DNA of 64,000 nt from an uncultured Candidatus Saccharibacteria bacterium. Lineage in GTDB: Bacteria > Patescibacteriota > Saccharimonadia > Saccharimonadales > AWTP1-31. This document shows positions 28,378-37,642 of this stretch, one piece after another. A model generated the notes under the pieces. That model was not told where the DNA came from. It made no database searches and saw nothing but the letters and a program-made list of their open reading frames with translations. Within the stretch, counting starts at the first letter, position 1. Each line of letters begins with the position of its first letter. The stretch is from positions 7,353 to 71,352 of the forward strand of contig CAZTPC010000001.1 of the NCBI GenBank assembly GCA_964615565.1, read 5' to 3'. Both the position numbers and the translations under genes were made by a program.

Positions 28378-30183
28378 ATGCCAAATGAAGATTCATCAAG
28401 TGAAATCTCGCCAGACGAAGATCGGCCTAAGGATGGTCTACTAGATGCAGCCGAACATGATAATCCAGTAGAACATCCAACTAAAGAATCAGACGATGTA
28501 GACGAGATTAATACCGACCATGCCGTAGACGATATTGTCGAGAAAGAAGGCGATGAAGTTCTGGCGGCCGAAGATGCAGAAGTTGCGAAGGCCTTTAGTG
28601 ATAAGTCGGAATCGCTTAAAGAAAAAATACAGCGACTCTATCAGCAGTGGTGGGACAACAAAAGATTACGGTATGGTACTTTTGCAGGTCTTGGTGTTTT
28701 TGTGTTGCTCACAGGTCTAGTGCCGCCAAGCCGTTACTTTGTGCTTAATACTGTAGGTGTACGATCAAGAGCTTCGATTGTTGTCATGGATGATTCTACT
28801 GATCGTCCGCTCAAGAACGTAGAGGTTACCCTGGGCAAGCAGCAAGTAAAGACTGACTCTAAAGGTAAGGCAACTTTCTCTAAGGTGCGATTGGGCAGGC
28901 AACCGCTAAAGATAGAGAAGCGAGCTTTCGCTGCCACTACCAAATCGGTAACAATAGGATGGGGAAGTAACCCGCTCGGCAACTCCGAGATTAAGCCTGT
29001 TGGCGCGCAGTATACCTTTTACGCGACTGATTGGTTGAGCGGCAAGGCGGTCACGAGTGCCGAAGCCAGTAGCGGGGAGTTTGATGCCGTGTCCGACAAG
29101 GAGGGAAAGATTGTTCTGACAATCGATGCAAGTGACAATGAAGACCTAGACGTGACATTTCGCTCTAAGGATTACCGAGACGAAGTAGTTAAGCTCGACC
29201 TAAGTAATAAAGCGCAGCTAGACGTAAAGCTGGTTGCTAGGCGCAAAGAAGTATTTATTAGTAAGCGCTCAGGTAAATATGACCTATACAAAATTGATAT
29301 AGATGGCAAAAACGAGCAGCAAGTGCTCGCCGGTACCGGAAATGAAAACGAGAATATCACGCTGGTTTCTCACCCAACAGATGAAGAAGTGGCATTGATT
29401 TCCACAAGAGACAATGTTCGAAATAAAGACGGCTACCTACTAAGTACCCTAACGGTCATCGATCTTGATGACAATAGCACTGAAAGTGTTGTGCAGTCAG
29501 AGGAGATACGAATGCTTGGCTGGAGTGGTGATCGATTAGTGTTTGTACAGGTTGCGGCCGGAGCGAGTGCTGGTAATCCAAAGCGGCAACGTCTAGTAAG
29601 CTACGATTACAAGTCAAACGAAAAACTTGAGCTAGCCAGTAGTAATAACTTCAATGACACAACATTAATTGGTAATACTGTTTACTACGCACCAGGCAAC
29701 CTCTATAACACTACAGTGGCAAACCATTTTTACTCACAACGGGTAGACGGTGCGAATAAAACCCCACTATTGGATGGTGAGATCTGGAATATATTTAGAA
29801 CTTCATATGGTGAGTTGGTGCTATCAGGTAACGATGCTTGGTACAACTACACTGTTGGCGAATCAAAAGCTACTCGTCGATCTGGCGCGCCTAATAATCT
29901 ACAAGATCTTGCATTTATCAATAGCCCGGATAGCAAGAGCAGCATTTGGGTAGACGAGCGCGATGGCAAGAATACGCTGCTCTTACATAACGTCGAGGAT
30001 GACCAAGATAAAACTTTGAAGGCCCAGGCTGGATTAGTTAGTCCGATTAGGTGGCTTAATGGTAGTACATTGATTTATCGTATTCAGGCACCCAATGAAT
30101 CAGCTGATTACGCCATAAGCACTAATGGGGGAGATGCAAAGAAGATTAGAGATGTCACCCGTACCCAAGACATCTGGCGCTAA
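28378..30183 (+). CDS. Membrane-anchored surface protein with beta-sandwich domains and a TolB-like beta-propeller
   Basis: Acidic N-terminus, one TM, TDSKG.A.F motif, FISKRSGKYDLYKIDIDG propeller blade. Confidence 0.75.
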   Translation: MPNEDSSSEISPDEDRPKDGLLDAAEHDNPVEHPTKESDDVDEINTDHAVDDIVEKEGDEVLAAEDAEVAKAFSDKSESLKEKIQRLYQQWWDNKRLRYGTFAGLGVFVLLTGLVPPSRYFVLNTVGVRSRASIVVMDDSTDRPLKNVEVTLGKQQVKTDSKGKATFSKVRLGRQPLKIEKRAFAATTKSVTIGWGSNPLGNSEIKPVGAQYTFYATDWLSGKAVTSAEASSGEFDAVSDKEGKIVLTIDASDNEDLDVTFRSKDYRDEVVKLDLSNKAQLDVKLVARRKEVFISKRSGKYDLYKIDIDGKNEQQVLAGTGNENENITLVSHPTDEEVALISTRDNVRNKDGYLLSTLTVIDLDDNSTESVVQSEEIRMLGWSGDRLVFVQVAAGASAGNPKRQRLVSYDYKSNEKLELASSNNFNDTTLIGNTVYYAPGNLYNTTVANHFYSQRVDGANKTPLLDGEIWNIFRTSYGELVLSGNDAWYNYTVGESKATRRSGAPNNLQDLAFINSPDSKSSIWVDERDGKNTLLLHNVEDDQDKTLKAQAGLVSPIRWLNGSTLIYRIQAPNESADYAISTNGGDAKKIRDVTRTQDIWR

Positions 30184-30234
30184 AAGTCATCGGAGCTGTA
30201 CAGCCAACAGCTGCCTCAGTTATACTTAAGCAAT

Positions 30235-30495
30235 ATGGATAACGATTTTAATCCGTTTGATCTTAGCGCTGCTCCAAAAAAGCCGCTCGAAGAAAAACCA
30301 AAAGAACCTGAAGAGCCAAAACCTACCGTAAAAAGGGTGAGTATGGGTCCTATTTTTCATTCTCGGTTTATCAAGATCGTTGCTTTTATCTTAGGCATAG
30401 CCCTTAGTGGGCTAGTTGGATATGTAGGCATGAATTACTACCTCAACCAAAAACATGCCAAATCCGTTACGGTTACAGTATCAAGAGTCTCGTAA
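30235..30495 (+). CDS. Small single-TM hypothetical protein
   Basis: 86 aa, one TM, ATG after TATACT. Confidence 0.6.
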   Translation: MDNDFNPFDLSAAPKKPLEEKPKEPEEPKPTVKRVSMGPIFHSRFIKIVAFILGIALSGLVGYVGMNYYLNQKHAKSVTVTVSRVS

Positions 30496-30497
30496 CT

Positions 30498-30776
30498 ATG
30501 AAGCATTCTCGAAAGCTTAAGGCCAAGAAGGGGAAATGGTTTGTAAAAATGCGGGGTAGCTACATACCTGGCAGCTGGCAGGGGTGGCTCACGTACGTTC
30601 CTTACGTCGTATTCTTGGGATATATCTTATTGCCATACGCACTGTGGCCGCTAATGTGCACTGCAACAGATCCCTGTACTCCTTTAGCCAACCAGTGGAC
30701 AGTTGTCTTAGTAAACCTAGTCGAAATCGGCTTGGCGGTTGGGCTCATGACATGGATAGCCAAAAAGAAGTCCTAA
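30498..30776 (+). CDS. Small membrane protein
   Basis: WF...RGSY.P.SWQGW followed by two TMs. Confidence 0.65.
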   Translation: MKHSRKLKAKKGKWFVKMRGSYIPGSWQGWLTYVPYVVFLGYILLPYALWPLMCTATDPCTPLANQWTVVLVNLVEIGLAVGLMTWIAKKKS

Positions 30777-30793
30777 TCTGCTAGCATTAAGTC

Positions 30794-31603
30794 GTGCAGA
30801 CAACAGAGTTCAGTGAAATAGTTTGGGACTTCTACGCCAAGCATGGTCGTGAGTTGCCATGGCGCACCCCAGAAGCAGACGGCACGTTTGATCCTTACAA
30901 GATCTTGGTTAGTGAGTTAATGCTACAACAGACACAGGTTAGTAGAGTTGTGACTAAGTACCATGAGTTCTTGCAGGCTTTCCCGACCATTACTGATCTG
31001 GCAAATGCTAGCCTTGGCGATGTTCTGAGGCAATGGAGCGGCCTTGGGTATAACAGACGCGCGAAGTTTTTATGGCAAGCAGCTGGCAAGATTGCCCAAG
31101 ATTTCAGCGGTGTCTTTCCTCGTACGCAAAAGGAGCTAACGAGCTTACCAGGAGTAGGCGTAAACACCGCAGGAGCAATCTGTGCGTATGCCTTTAATCA
31201 GCCTGTGGCTTTTGTTGAAACTAATATTCGCACTGTTTATATACATCACTTTTTTGTAGATCGAACCGATGTGCATGACAATGAGCTTACGCCTGTGATT
31301 GAGCAGACAGTAGATACCGAGAACCCCCGGGAATGGTACTGGGCATTGATGGACTACGGCAGCCACCTCAAGGCAACACTAGGGAACATATCTAGAAATA
31401 GTAAGCATCATACAAAACAATCAAAGTTCGAAGGTTCAAAACGACAGGTTAGGGGTGCGGTAATTCGGGCCCTTCGTGACTCAGCAAAGACCATGGCTGA
31501 GCTCAAAGCCGTGGTAGCCGATGACCGGCTTACAGAAGTACTTAGCGATTTAGCTCAAGAAGGGTTGATTGTTATCGATTCAAAGGGTTACCGACTGGCA
31601 TGA
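30794..31603 (+). CDS. mutY: A/G-specific adenine glycosylase, short form without Fe-S motif
   Basis: RELPWR, VSELMLQQTQV, WSGLGYNRRA and LPGVG HhH motifs. Confidence 0.88.
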   Translation: MQTTEFSEIVWDFYAKHGRELPWRTPEADGTFDPYKILVSELMLQQTQVSRVVTKYHEFLQAFPTITDLANASLGDVLRQWSGLGYNRRAKFLWQAAGKIAQDFSGVFPRTQKELTSLPGVGVNTAGAICAYAFNQPVAFVETNIRTVYIHHFFVDRTDVHDNELTPVIEQTVDTENPREWYWALMDYGSHLKATLGNISRNSKHHTKQSKFEGSKRQVRGAVIRALRDSAKTMAELKAVVADDRLTEVLSDLAQEGLIVIDSKGYRLA

Positions 31604-31632
31604 CCCTGTGTTAGAATAAAGTCATAAGCAAT

Positions 31633-32340
31633 ATGAATTCTGTTAAAAGACTTACAAGTTTAAGTGCGGTTATTGTCCTCGTCGGGGCCGTTTTCTTGGT
31701 TACGCCAGTTGCCTTGGCTGCCGAGCAGAGCACCACTCAAACAACAACCACCACCAAAACTACCGAAAAGCCAGCTGCAAAGATTGCTGATCGCATTGCA
31801 AAGTACAAGACCAAACAAGAAGTTAAGCTGGCAGCTGCCGAAGAACTTAAGCTCAAGGGCGTATGCAAGGCAGCCCAGGTTAAGCTCAAGAAAGTGGATA
31901 CAGCCACGAGCGAAGCCAACACAGATCGAACAAAGACGTATGCTGGCATTACCAAACAAATAGACGGTATTATCACAAAACTTAAAGATGCTAGCGTCGA
32001 CACCAAAGAGCTCGAAGCTAACCAGAAAGCTCTAAAAGCTCTCATCCAGCAATACAACGACGATTACACGGTATTCAAGACAGACCTAACGGATGTATCA
32101 GAATTAGACTGCGTTACCGATCCGGTCGCTTTCAAATCTGCGCTACTTGTTGCAAGGGAAGACAGATTGACAGTTGTAAAAGACGCTACCGCAATTCGTG
32201 AGTACATCACGACAATTAAGCAAAGCCTGCTCACCGCTCGAATCTCATTGGCTGCTCGTGCTGATGCAAAAGATACTACCAAGAAAGATGCAACCGACAC
32301 AACGACTACTACAACAGATTCAACCGGAGACCCACAATAA
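31633..32340 (+). CDS. Secreted coiled-coil hypothetical protein
   Basis: Signal peptide (ALA-A); Lys/Thr-rich helical body with a Cys pair. Confidence 0.7.
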   Translation: MNSVKRLTSLSAVIVLVGAVFLVTPVALAAEQSTTQTTTTTKTTEKPAAKIADRIAKYKTKQEVKLAAAEELKLKGVCKAAQVKLKKVDTATSEANTDRTKTYAGITKQIDGIITKLKDASVDTKELEANQKALKALIQQYNDDYTVFKTDLTDVSELDCVTDPVAFKSALLVAREDRLTVVKDATAIREYITTIKQSLLTARISLAARADAKDTTKKDATDTTTTTTDSTGDPQ

Positions 32341-33191
32341 TGGATGACGTTCGACCTCCACGTAGGCCAATCACCCCCGGAGCAGACATTGCCGGCGTGC
32401 CACCACGCAAGCCGATGCCACCTATGCGACCACAAACCCCACACGTTGATCCGTCTGCAAGCGAAACTCCTCCACCTGCGCCAGAAACACCTGTTAGCCA
32501 GCCAATTAGGGTGCCAATTGTAGATCACGACAAACCGCCTGCTTTTGAGGCTCCAACTCTAGACGACCTTAAACTAGACGTACCTAGTGATATTGACGCA
32601 GTTATCGAAGGCCGCCCATCACAACCAGAAGACCCTACTCCGCCGCCAGCTGCAGGCCCAGTCGACCCAGAGGTACTTGCCAGCGTCACCGAAGATCTCT
32701 CAACTCTAGAACCCGAAGTAAGTTCTGAGATGCAGAACGAAGAGCCTAAAGATGAGTCATTGGATCTTCCAGCAACAACTGAATCTCCAGTAGCTGAATC
32801 TACTCAAGCTCCCGAACCTACTAGTGCAGGTTCTAGCTTGCTCGCCGAAATCGAAGCTCAAGAAAAATCTGACTCAGAGGGTCGAGTAACTGCTGCTCCA
32901 ACAACACAGCCACCCCGCAAAGGTCGCGGGCCGGCTATTTTGATCGCTGTTATCCTTGCATTAGCACTCATTGTTGGTGCTGGGTATGCATACCTACAGA
33001 ACAATAAGGAAACACCAAAGACTGTAAAGACTCCTGCGACTACACCCGCCAAGACAGTGACTAAAGACCCAGCAACAGTCGATGATGTCGATGCTGCAGC
33101 AAATGAAATTCAGGCAGCAATCGATAAGATCGATGAGACCAAGCAACTCCAAGAGTCTGATCTAACAGATACCAACCTCGGTATCCAGTAA
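32340..33191 (+). CDS. Pro/acidic-rich single-TM hypothetical protein
   Basis: Low-complexity N-terminus, TM near C-terminus; start overlaps previous stop. Confidence 0.7.
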   Translation: MDDVRPPRRPITPGADIAGVPPRKPMPPMRPQTPHVDPSASETPPPAPETPVSQPIRVPIVDHDKPPAFEAPTLDDLKLDVPSDIDAVIEGRPSQPEDPTPPPAAGPVDPEVLASVTEDLSTLEPEVSSEMQNEEPKDESLDLPATTESPVAESTQAPEPTSAGSSLLAEIEAQEKSDSEGRVTAAPTTQPPRKGRGPAILIAVILALALIVGAGYAYLQNNKETPKTVKTPATTPAKTVTKDPATVDDVDAAANEIQAAIDKIDETKQLQESDLTDTNLGIQ

Positions 33192-33231
33192 ATAATAACT
33201 TCTAAAGAAAAAGTCTCTGCCTTTGGCCAGT

Positions 33232-34146
33232 CTAAGACTTTTTCTTGGCGGTTGTTTTCTTTTCGGTCTTGCTCTTTTTCTTACCGGCTGTAAGAGGAGA
33301 GAGTGGTAGCTCAATATCGTTCTCGACAAATGCAATACGGAGTCTCTTGATAAGTTCCGTTTTAACCTTCCACTGTGAGCCTGGGGTAGTTTCGCCGAGA
33401 ATTTTTATGATCAACCCCCGTTCGGCAAACTGTACTACCTGAGCGAAGTATGGCTTGCGCTTGATCTTGGAGCCCCACTTTTCATCGGCTGCGAGTTCTT
33501 CGCCAACCTTATTGATAACTAGCTCAAGCTTATCAAGATCGGTATCTTGGGCAACAGTGATGTCTTGGTTAATGCCACTTACACCAAATGTCATGTTGGT
33601 GCTTACTACAATACTACTATTTGGAACATGATGAATATTTCCGTCGAAATCTCGCAGGATGGTGGTACGAATGGTTATGGCTTGCACGATACCTTGCACG
33701 GTGTCGAACTGCACATAATCACCAACACGGTACTGGTTTTCCAGGATGATAAACAGCCCATTTGTAAAGTCTTTGATTAGCGATTGGGCGCCAATACCGA
33801 TTGCAATACCAGCGACACCTGCACTTGCTAGGAGTGGTGCAGTATTGATGCCGATCTCGTCAACAACCATGATAACGGCGATAGACCAGATGAGGATTTT
33901 GCTGAGGCCGTTTACCAGGCTATCCAGTGTGTCCAAACGTTTTTTGCGGTCGGTTTCACTGGCAAATGGATGGCTCCGAACGGCTCGCTTTAAGAGCCCC
34001 ATTAGGATTGCTACGCCAATGCGACGCAGGATCCAGGCACCAACTACGATAATCAGAACGTTAATGCCGTGGGTCTTTAGCCACGAGTGTGGCTGCGAAA
34101 ACAGTGTAATGGTTTTTGGGTCTACTAAGTCTGCCAGTAAATGCAT
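33232..34146 (-). CDS. mscS: Small-conductance mechanosensitive channel family protein
   Basis: GIAIGIGAQSLIKD..NG...E.QYRVGD and VPNS motifs. Confidence 0.9.
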   Translation of the reverse strand: MHLLADLVDPKTITLFSQPHSWLKTHGINVLIIVVGAWILRRIGVAILMGLLKRAVRSHPFASETDRKKRLDTLDSLVNGLSKILIWSIAVIMVVDEIGINTAPLLASAGVAGIAIGIGAQSLIKDFTNGLFIILENQYRVGDYVQFDTVQGIVQAITIRTTILRDFDGNIHHVPNSSIVVSTNMTFGVSGINQDITVAQDTDLDKLELVINKVGEELAADEKWGSKIKRKPYFAQVVQFAERGLIIKILGETTPGSQWKVKTELIKRLRIAFVENDIELPLSPLTAGKKKSKTEKKTTAKKKS

Positions 34147-34196
34147 ATGTTTATATACTACTATACTTATTCCGCACAACTCCTTACAATCTCAGT

Positions 34197-34772
34197 ATGA
34201 TTAATCCAGACGCTCGGCCAAACACTGACCAGAGACGGTACAGTTTTGAGCTGGTACAGCCAGAGGAGATACCTGAAGTAGCTGCTTTCATGCAACCGGT
34301 ATACGCCGATACGTATCCAAACGAAGCAAGGGGAACGACGAAAGAAATGTTTGATGATCCATTGTTTCGGGAACATGTCGAAGAGTATCTTGGGGATCAA
34401 CTTGCTACTCCGGGAAGGAATTTATGGGTGGCTCGTGACGAACAAGGTATCGTCGGGAGTATCGGCCTAGAGGCTGATGCAGACCCAAGTAATCCAGAAA
34501 TATGGGGATTCTATGTGGATGTTGATAGGCAGGGCGAAGGAGTCGGCTCAGAACTTTGGGAACAGGTCATGTCTACTAAGCAATTAGCTGATGCTGATAA
34601 GGTTCATTTGAACGTGGCGGTTGACTCACCCCAGGCAGCGCATTTCTACGAAGATAAGGGTATGCAGAAAGTAGGCGAGCCATTTACTGTCCAATGGCCT
34701 CAATGGAAACAAGAGTACCGCGATGCTGGGTTAACAAATGAATATCAACGTATGGAGATGAACTTACGATGA
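34197..34772 (+). CDS. GNAT family N-acetyltransferase
   Basis: FYVD..RQGEGVG and A..FYE..G motifs; start ATG 34197. Confidence 0.85.
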   Translation: MINPDARPNTDQRRYSFELVQPEEIPEVAAFMQPVYADTYPNEARGTTKEMFDDPLFREHVEEYLGDQLATPGRNLWVARDEQGIVGSIGLEADADPSNPEIWGFYVDVDRQGEGVGSELWEQVMSTKQLADADKVHLNVAVDSPQAAHFYEDKGMQKVGEPFTVQWPQWKQEYRDAGLTNEYQRMEMNLR

Positions 34773-35266
34773 ACGTAACGCTAATGAACGCAATTAGTAT
34801 TGATGGATTTATCGCCAAACCGGATGGTGATTCTGACTGGGTTAAGGACGACGAGCAGTTCGATGCCGCATTGGTAGATTTCGGATGTATCCTGATTGGC
34901 CATAGTACGTTTACGCAGTACGAGAATGATCTGTATCCAATTGCAGGCGCAACTACTTTTGTGTATACGCATGACAAAACTCTTACCAATACGGAAGGTG
35001 TGCAGTATGTTTTTGGCGAACCCAAAGATGTACTTGAGCAAATTCAAGCCGCTGGATTCGATAAAGTACTGCTTGGTGGAGGCGGTAAAGCTAACGCCAG
35101 TTTTGCAAAAGCAGGTCTGATAACAGATATGATTTTAGACGTGCATCCACTAGTTTTGGGCGATGGGATCCGTTTGTTGGGCGACTTTGACCGACAACTT
35201 AAACTTGAACTACAGAGCAAACAAGACTTTACAGACTTTGTGCAATTGCGGTATAACGTTCAGTAA
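34769..35266 (+). CDS. Dihydrofolate reductase / RibD C-terminal family protein
   Basis: SIDGFIA, GGG, GLI...HPLVLGDG..L motifs. Confidence 0.85.
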   Translation: MNVTLMNAISIDGFIAKPDGDSDWVKDDEQFDAALVDFGCILIGHSTFTQYENDLYPIAGATTFVYTHDKTLTNTEGVQYVFGEPKDVLEQIQAAGFDKVLLGGGGKANASFAKAGLITDMILDVHPLVLGDGIRLLGDFDRQLKLELQSKQDFTDFVQLRYNVQ

Positions 35267-35267
35267 T

Positions 35268-35843
35268 ATGGATTTCTCATCTGTTAATGACCCAAAGCTT
35301 ACCACATTGCTCTCTCATGGGGCGGTTGGCATACTACCAACTGACACAATTTACGGCATCGTGGCCAATGCCAGCAATCGGCAGGCTGTTGAGCGAATGT
35401 ACGCGCTTAAATCTCGTGAGAAAAAGCCAGGCACACTCATAGCGGCAAATCTAGAGCAGATCGTCAAACTTGGACTCAAGAAGCGTTATCTAACGGTTGT
35501 CGAGGATTATTGGCCAGGACCTGTGACAGTGGTTGTTCCAACATCTACTCACGATACTGACTATCTTGACCAAGGTGTCGGATCGCTAGCAGTCAGGGTT
35601 ATTGACGACCCCAAGATCATTGAACTTCTCGAGAAGACTGGTCCACTTATTACATCTAGTGCAAATCATCCTGGAGAGGCCCCAGCTAATACTATAGCCG
35701 AGGCAAAACAGTATTTTGGTGATCAAGTCGACTTCTACACCGATGGGGGTGATCTAAGCGGCCGAAAGCCATCGACAATACTGCGTGTAGTCGACGACAC
35801 GATTGAAATCTTGCGCGAAGGCGCAGTAAAGATCAACACTTAA
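35268..35843 (+). CDS. tsaC: L-threonylcarbamoyladenylate synthase (YrdC/Sua5)
   Basis: PTDTIYG, K.R, WPGP.T, SSAN and PSTI motifs. Confidence 0.92.
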   Translation: MDFSSVNDPKLTTLLSHGAVGILPTDTIYGIVANASNRQAVERMYALKSREKKPGTLIAANLEQIVKLGLKKRYLTVVEDYWPGPVTVVVPTSTHDTDYLDQGVGSLAVRVIDDPKIIELLEKTGPLITSSANHPGEAPANTIAEAKQYFGDQVDFYTDGGDLSGRKPSTILRVVDDTIEILREGAVKINT

Positions 35844-35896
35844 CAGGGGTATGGGCATTGACTCATAGCTGTAAGTGTGTTAGAATATAGTTAGTT

Positions 35897-36631
35897 ATGG
35901 CACATGTAAACCCAGAACGTGATGCAACACAGCCAACCCTTAATGTAGAGGCGCTTCTTTTTGATAATCAAGATCTAGAGCAGTCTTTGCGTGCAGAGCT
36001 TGTACGACAACTAACACCAGAGCGTTTTATGGATCTTTTGGCCGATCATAGAGATGCCTACTGTGACGACGAAGCTCCAGTTTTGGCCGCAATCGAGAAG
36101 TTTGCAGGTGCAGCGAAAGTCGAATTTCTAGAGCCAACTACTCCTGAAGAAGAGTTATCAAGGCATGTGGTGAGTGTCGAAGCAGATGTGAGCTCGTTTA
36201 TTGAGTCGCGTCTGCCACTCAGATCGTTAAGCTTGCTCTCTATAGATGAATTAGAACAATTAGCCGAAATTTATAACCCAACAAACTTGCTGTATTTAGC
36301 CAAGGCACTCTCCAGTGAAGACGGCTTATCATTGTCACCTGTCCAAGGAGACATGTTGTTTCGATATCGCAATGTACTTAGCCAGATAGACCATATGCGC
36401 AACGAGGTTGAGGCTGCCGAGATGCGTGAGCTACAGGGCAATATTGGCGCAGCCACTGTTGGTTACAGAACATGGGCGGGCGATCTCCACCCATATGGCG
36501 TCGAACAAAGAGGGCGTATTGTCACAGACGAGTTCCGAGACTTTTCAGAGAAAGAAGATGATGGGCGCAGTGTAGTTACGGTTGGCGGTGTCCCTGTTAG
36601 GGTTTCAATCAGAAACACGGGAGTCATCTAA
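35897..36631 (+). CDS. Hypothetical protein (acidic)
   Basis: 244-aa ORF, stop overlaps next start. Confidence 0.65.
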   Translation: MAHVNPERDATQPTLNVEALLFDNQDLEQSLRAELVRQLTPERFMDLLADHRDAYCDDEAPVLAAIEKFAGAAKVEFLEPTTPEEELSRHVVSVEADVSSFIESRLPLRSLSLLSIDELEQLAEIYNPTNLLYLAKALSSEDGLSLSPVQGDMLFRYRNVLSQIDHMRNEVEAAEMRELQGNIGAATVGYRTWAGDLHPYGVEQRGRIVTDEFRDFSEKEDDGRSVVTVGGVPVRVSIRNTGVI

Positions 36632-37632
36632 TGGCTGCTCCATTGTCTGCACACCAGGTCGAAGCATCGTTTGGCGTCGAAATACGGCACAGCTATACGG
36701 CGGCCACAGAAATGCCGCCAGAGGTAAGCGCTGCAGAATTACTGCAACAGTTCGAGCAAGAAGGCGATAACGAAGCGGCTAGAGCGCTAGATTATGCCGC
36801 TTACGAGGTTGGCCAGTTAGTAACCATCACCCGCGAGGTAGATGGTGAGGCCGATGGTCTCCTAGATATATTTACCGGGGCGCAAGTGATCGAGATGCAG
36901 AAACGCATCCGAGACTACTTGGGTAAAAGTCTAGATGAGCATCTTGACGATATTAAGGCAGCACCAGGTTTCAGCTACTATGTTGGACGACTGGCTACGC
37001 ACTTCTTCTCTAGTGACGATGATGTGACAACAAGGTTCGGAGACTTTGTAACTAACCATATTGATCCCGAGCCAGGTGCCCGTGGGCCGCTCGAAAAGAA
37101 CTCACGCGAATATGCCAACTGGGCAAACCAAGCACTTATTACTCAATTCAACGAATTTTATCAGGCAGACTTCCAGATTGAATTGGCGGGTCCAACCAAA
37201 ACGGTTGAGGGCTCTCGCGTTTCATGGGAGCGCGGCATAGCTGAGTCTCAATTCTTAATACTTGATTACGTTCGTGACTTACTTGCGATGGGTAATAGCT
37301 CTCGAGTTACAAGCGAAGGTGTTCCAACCATGACTATCGATGACCTAGAGGCGAACCTTCGAAATCTACTTCTAGAAAAAGATCGTATTGTCGCAGAGGC
37401 CAAGACAATCAACCCAATCCTTGCTAGTCAGATCGAGGGAAGTATTGAAGGCCTACAGTCTTACACGATGGGCGTATTCCACCGGGGACGTATGGACGTC
37501 CCTCGATTCCGAAAGCACCCAGCCAACGCTCGTCTTGCGATCGTCAAAGTAGAGGCGTTGTTATTCGAGGCTGCTGCCATGGCTGCGACTCGTGAAGACC
37601 AGGCTGATATTCCAATCTTGGATCTCGAATAA
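36631..37632 (+). CDS. Hypothetical protein (acidic, helical)
   Basis: 333-aa ORF, TAATG coupling with the previous gene. Confidence 0.7.
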   Translation: MAAPLSAHQVEASFGVEIRHSYTAATEMPPEVSAAELLQQFEQEGDNEAARALDYAAYEVGQLVTITREVDGEADGLLDIFTGAQVIEMQKRIRDYLGKSLDEHLDDIKAAPGFSYYVGRLATHFFSSDDDVTTRFGDFVTNHIDPEPGARGPLEKNSREYANWANQALITQFNEFYQADFQIELAGPTKTVEGSRVSWERGIAESQFLILDYVRDLLAMGNSSRVTSEGVPTMTIDDLEANLRNLLLEKDRIVAEAKTINPILASQIEGSIEGLQSYTMGVFHRGRMDVPRFRKHPANARLAIVKVEALLFEAAAMAATREDQADIPILDLE

Positions 37633-37642
37633 GGTATAACCC

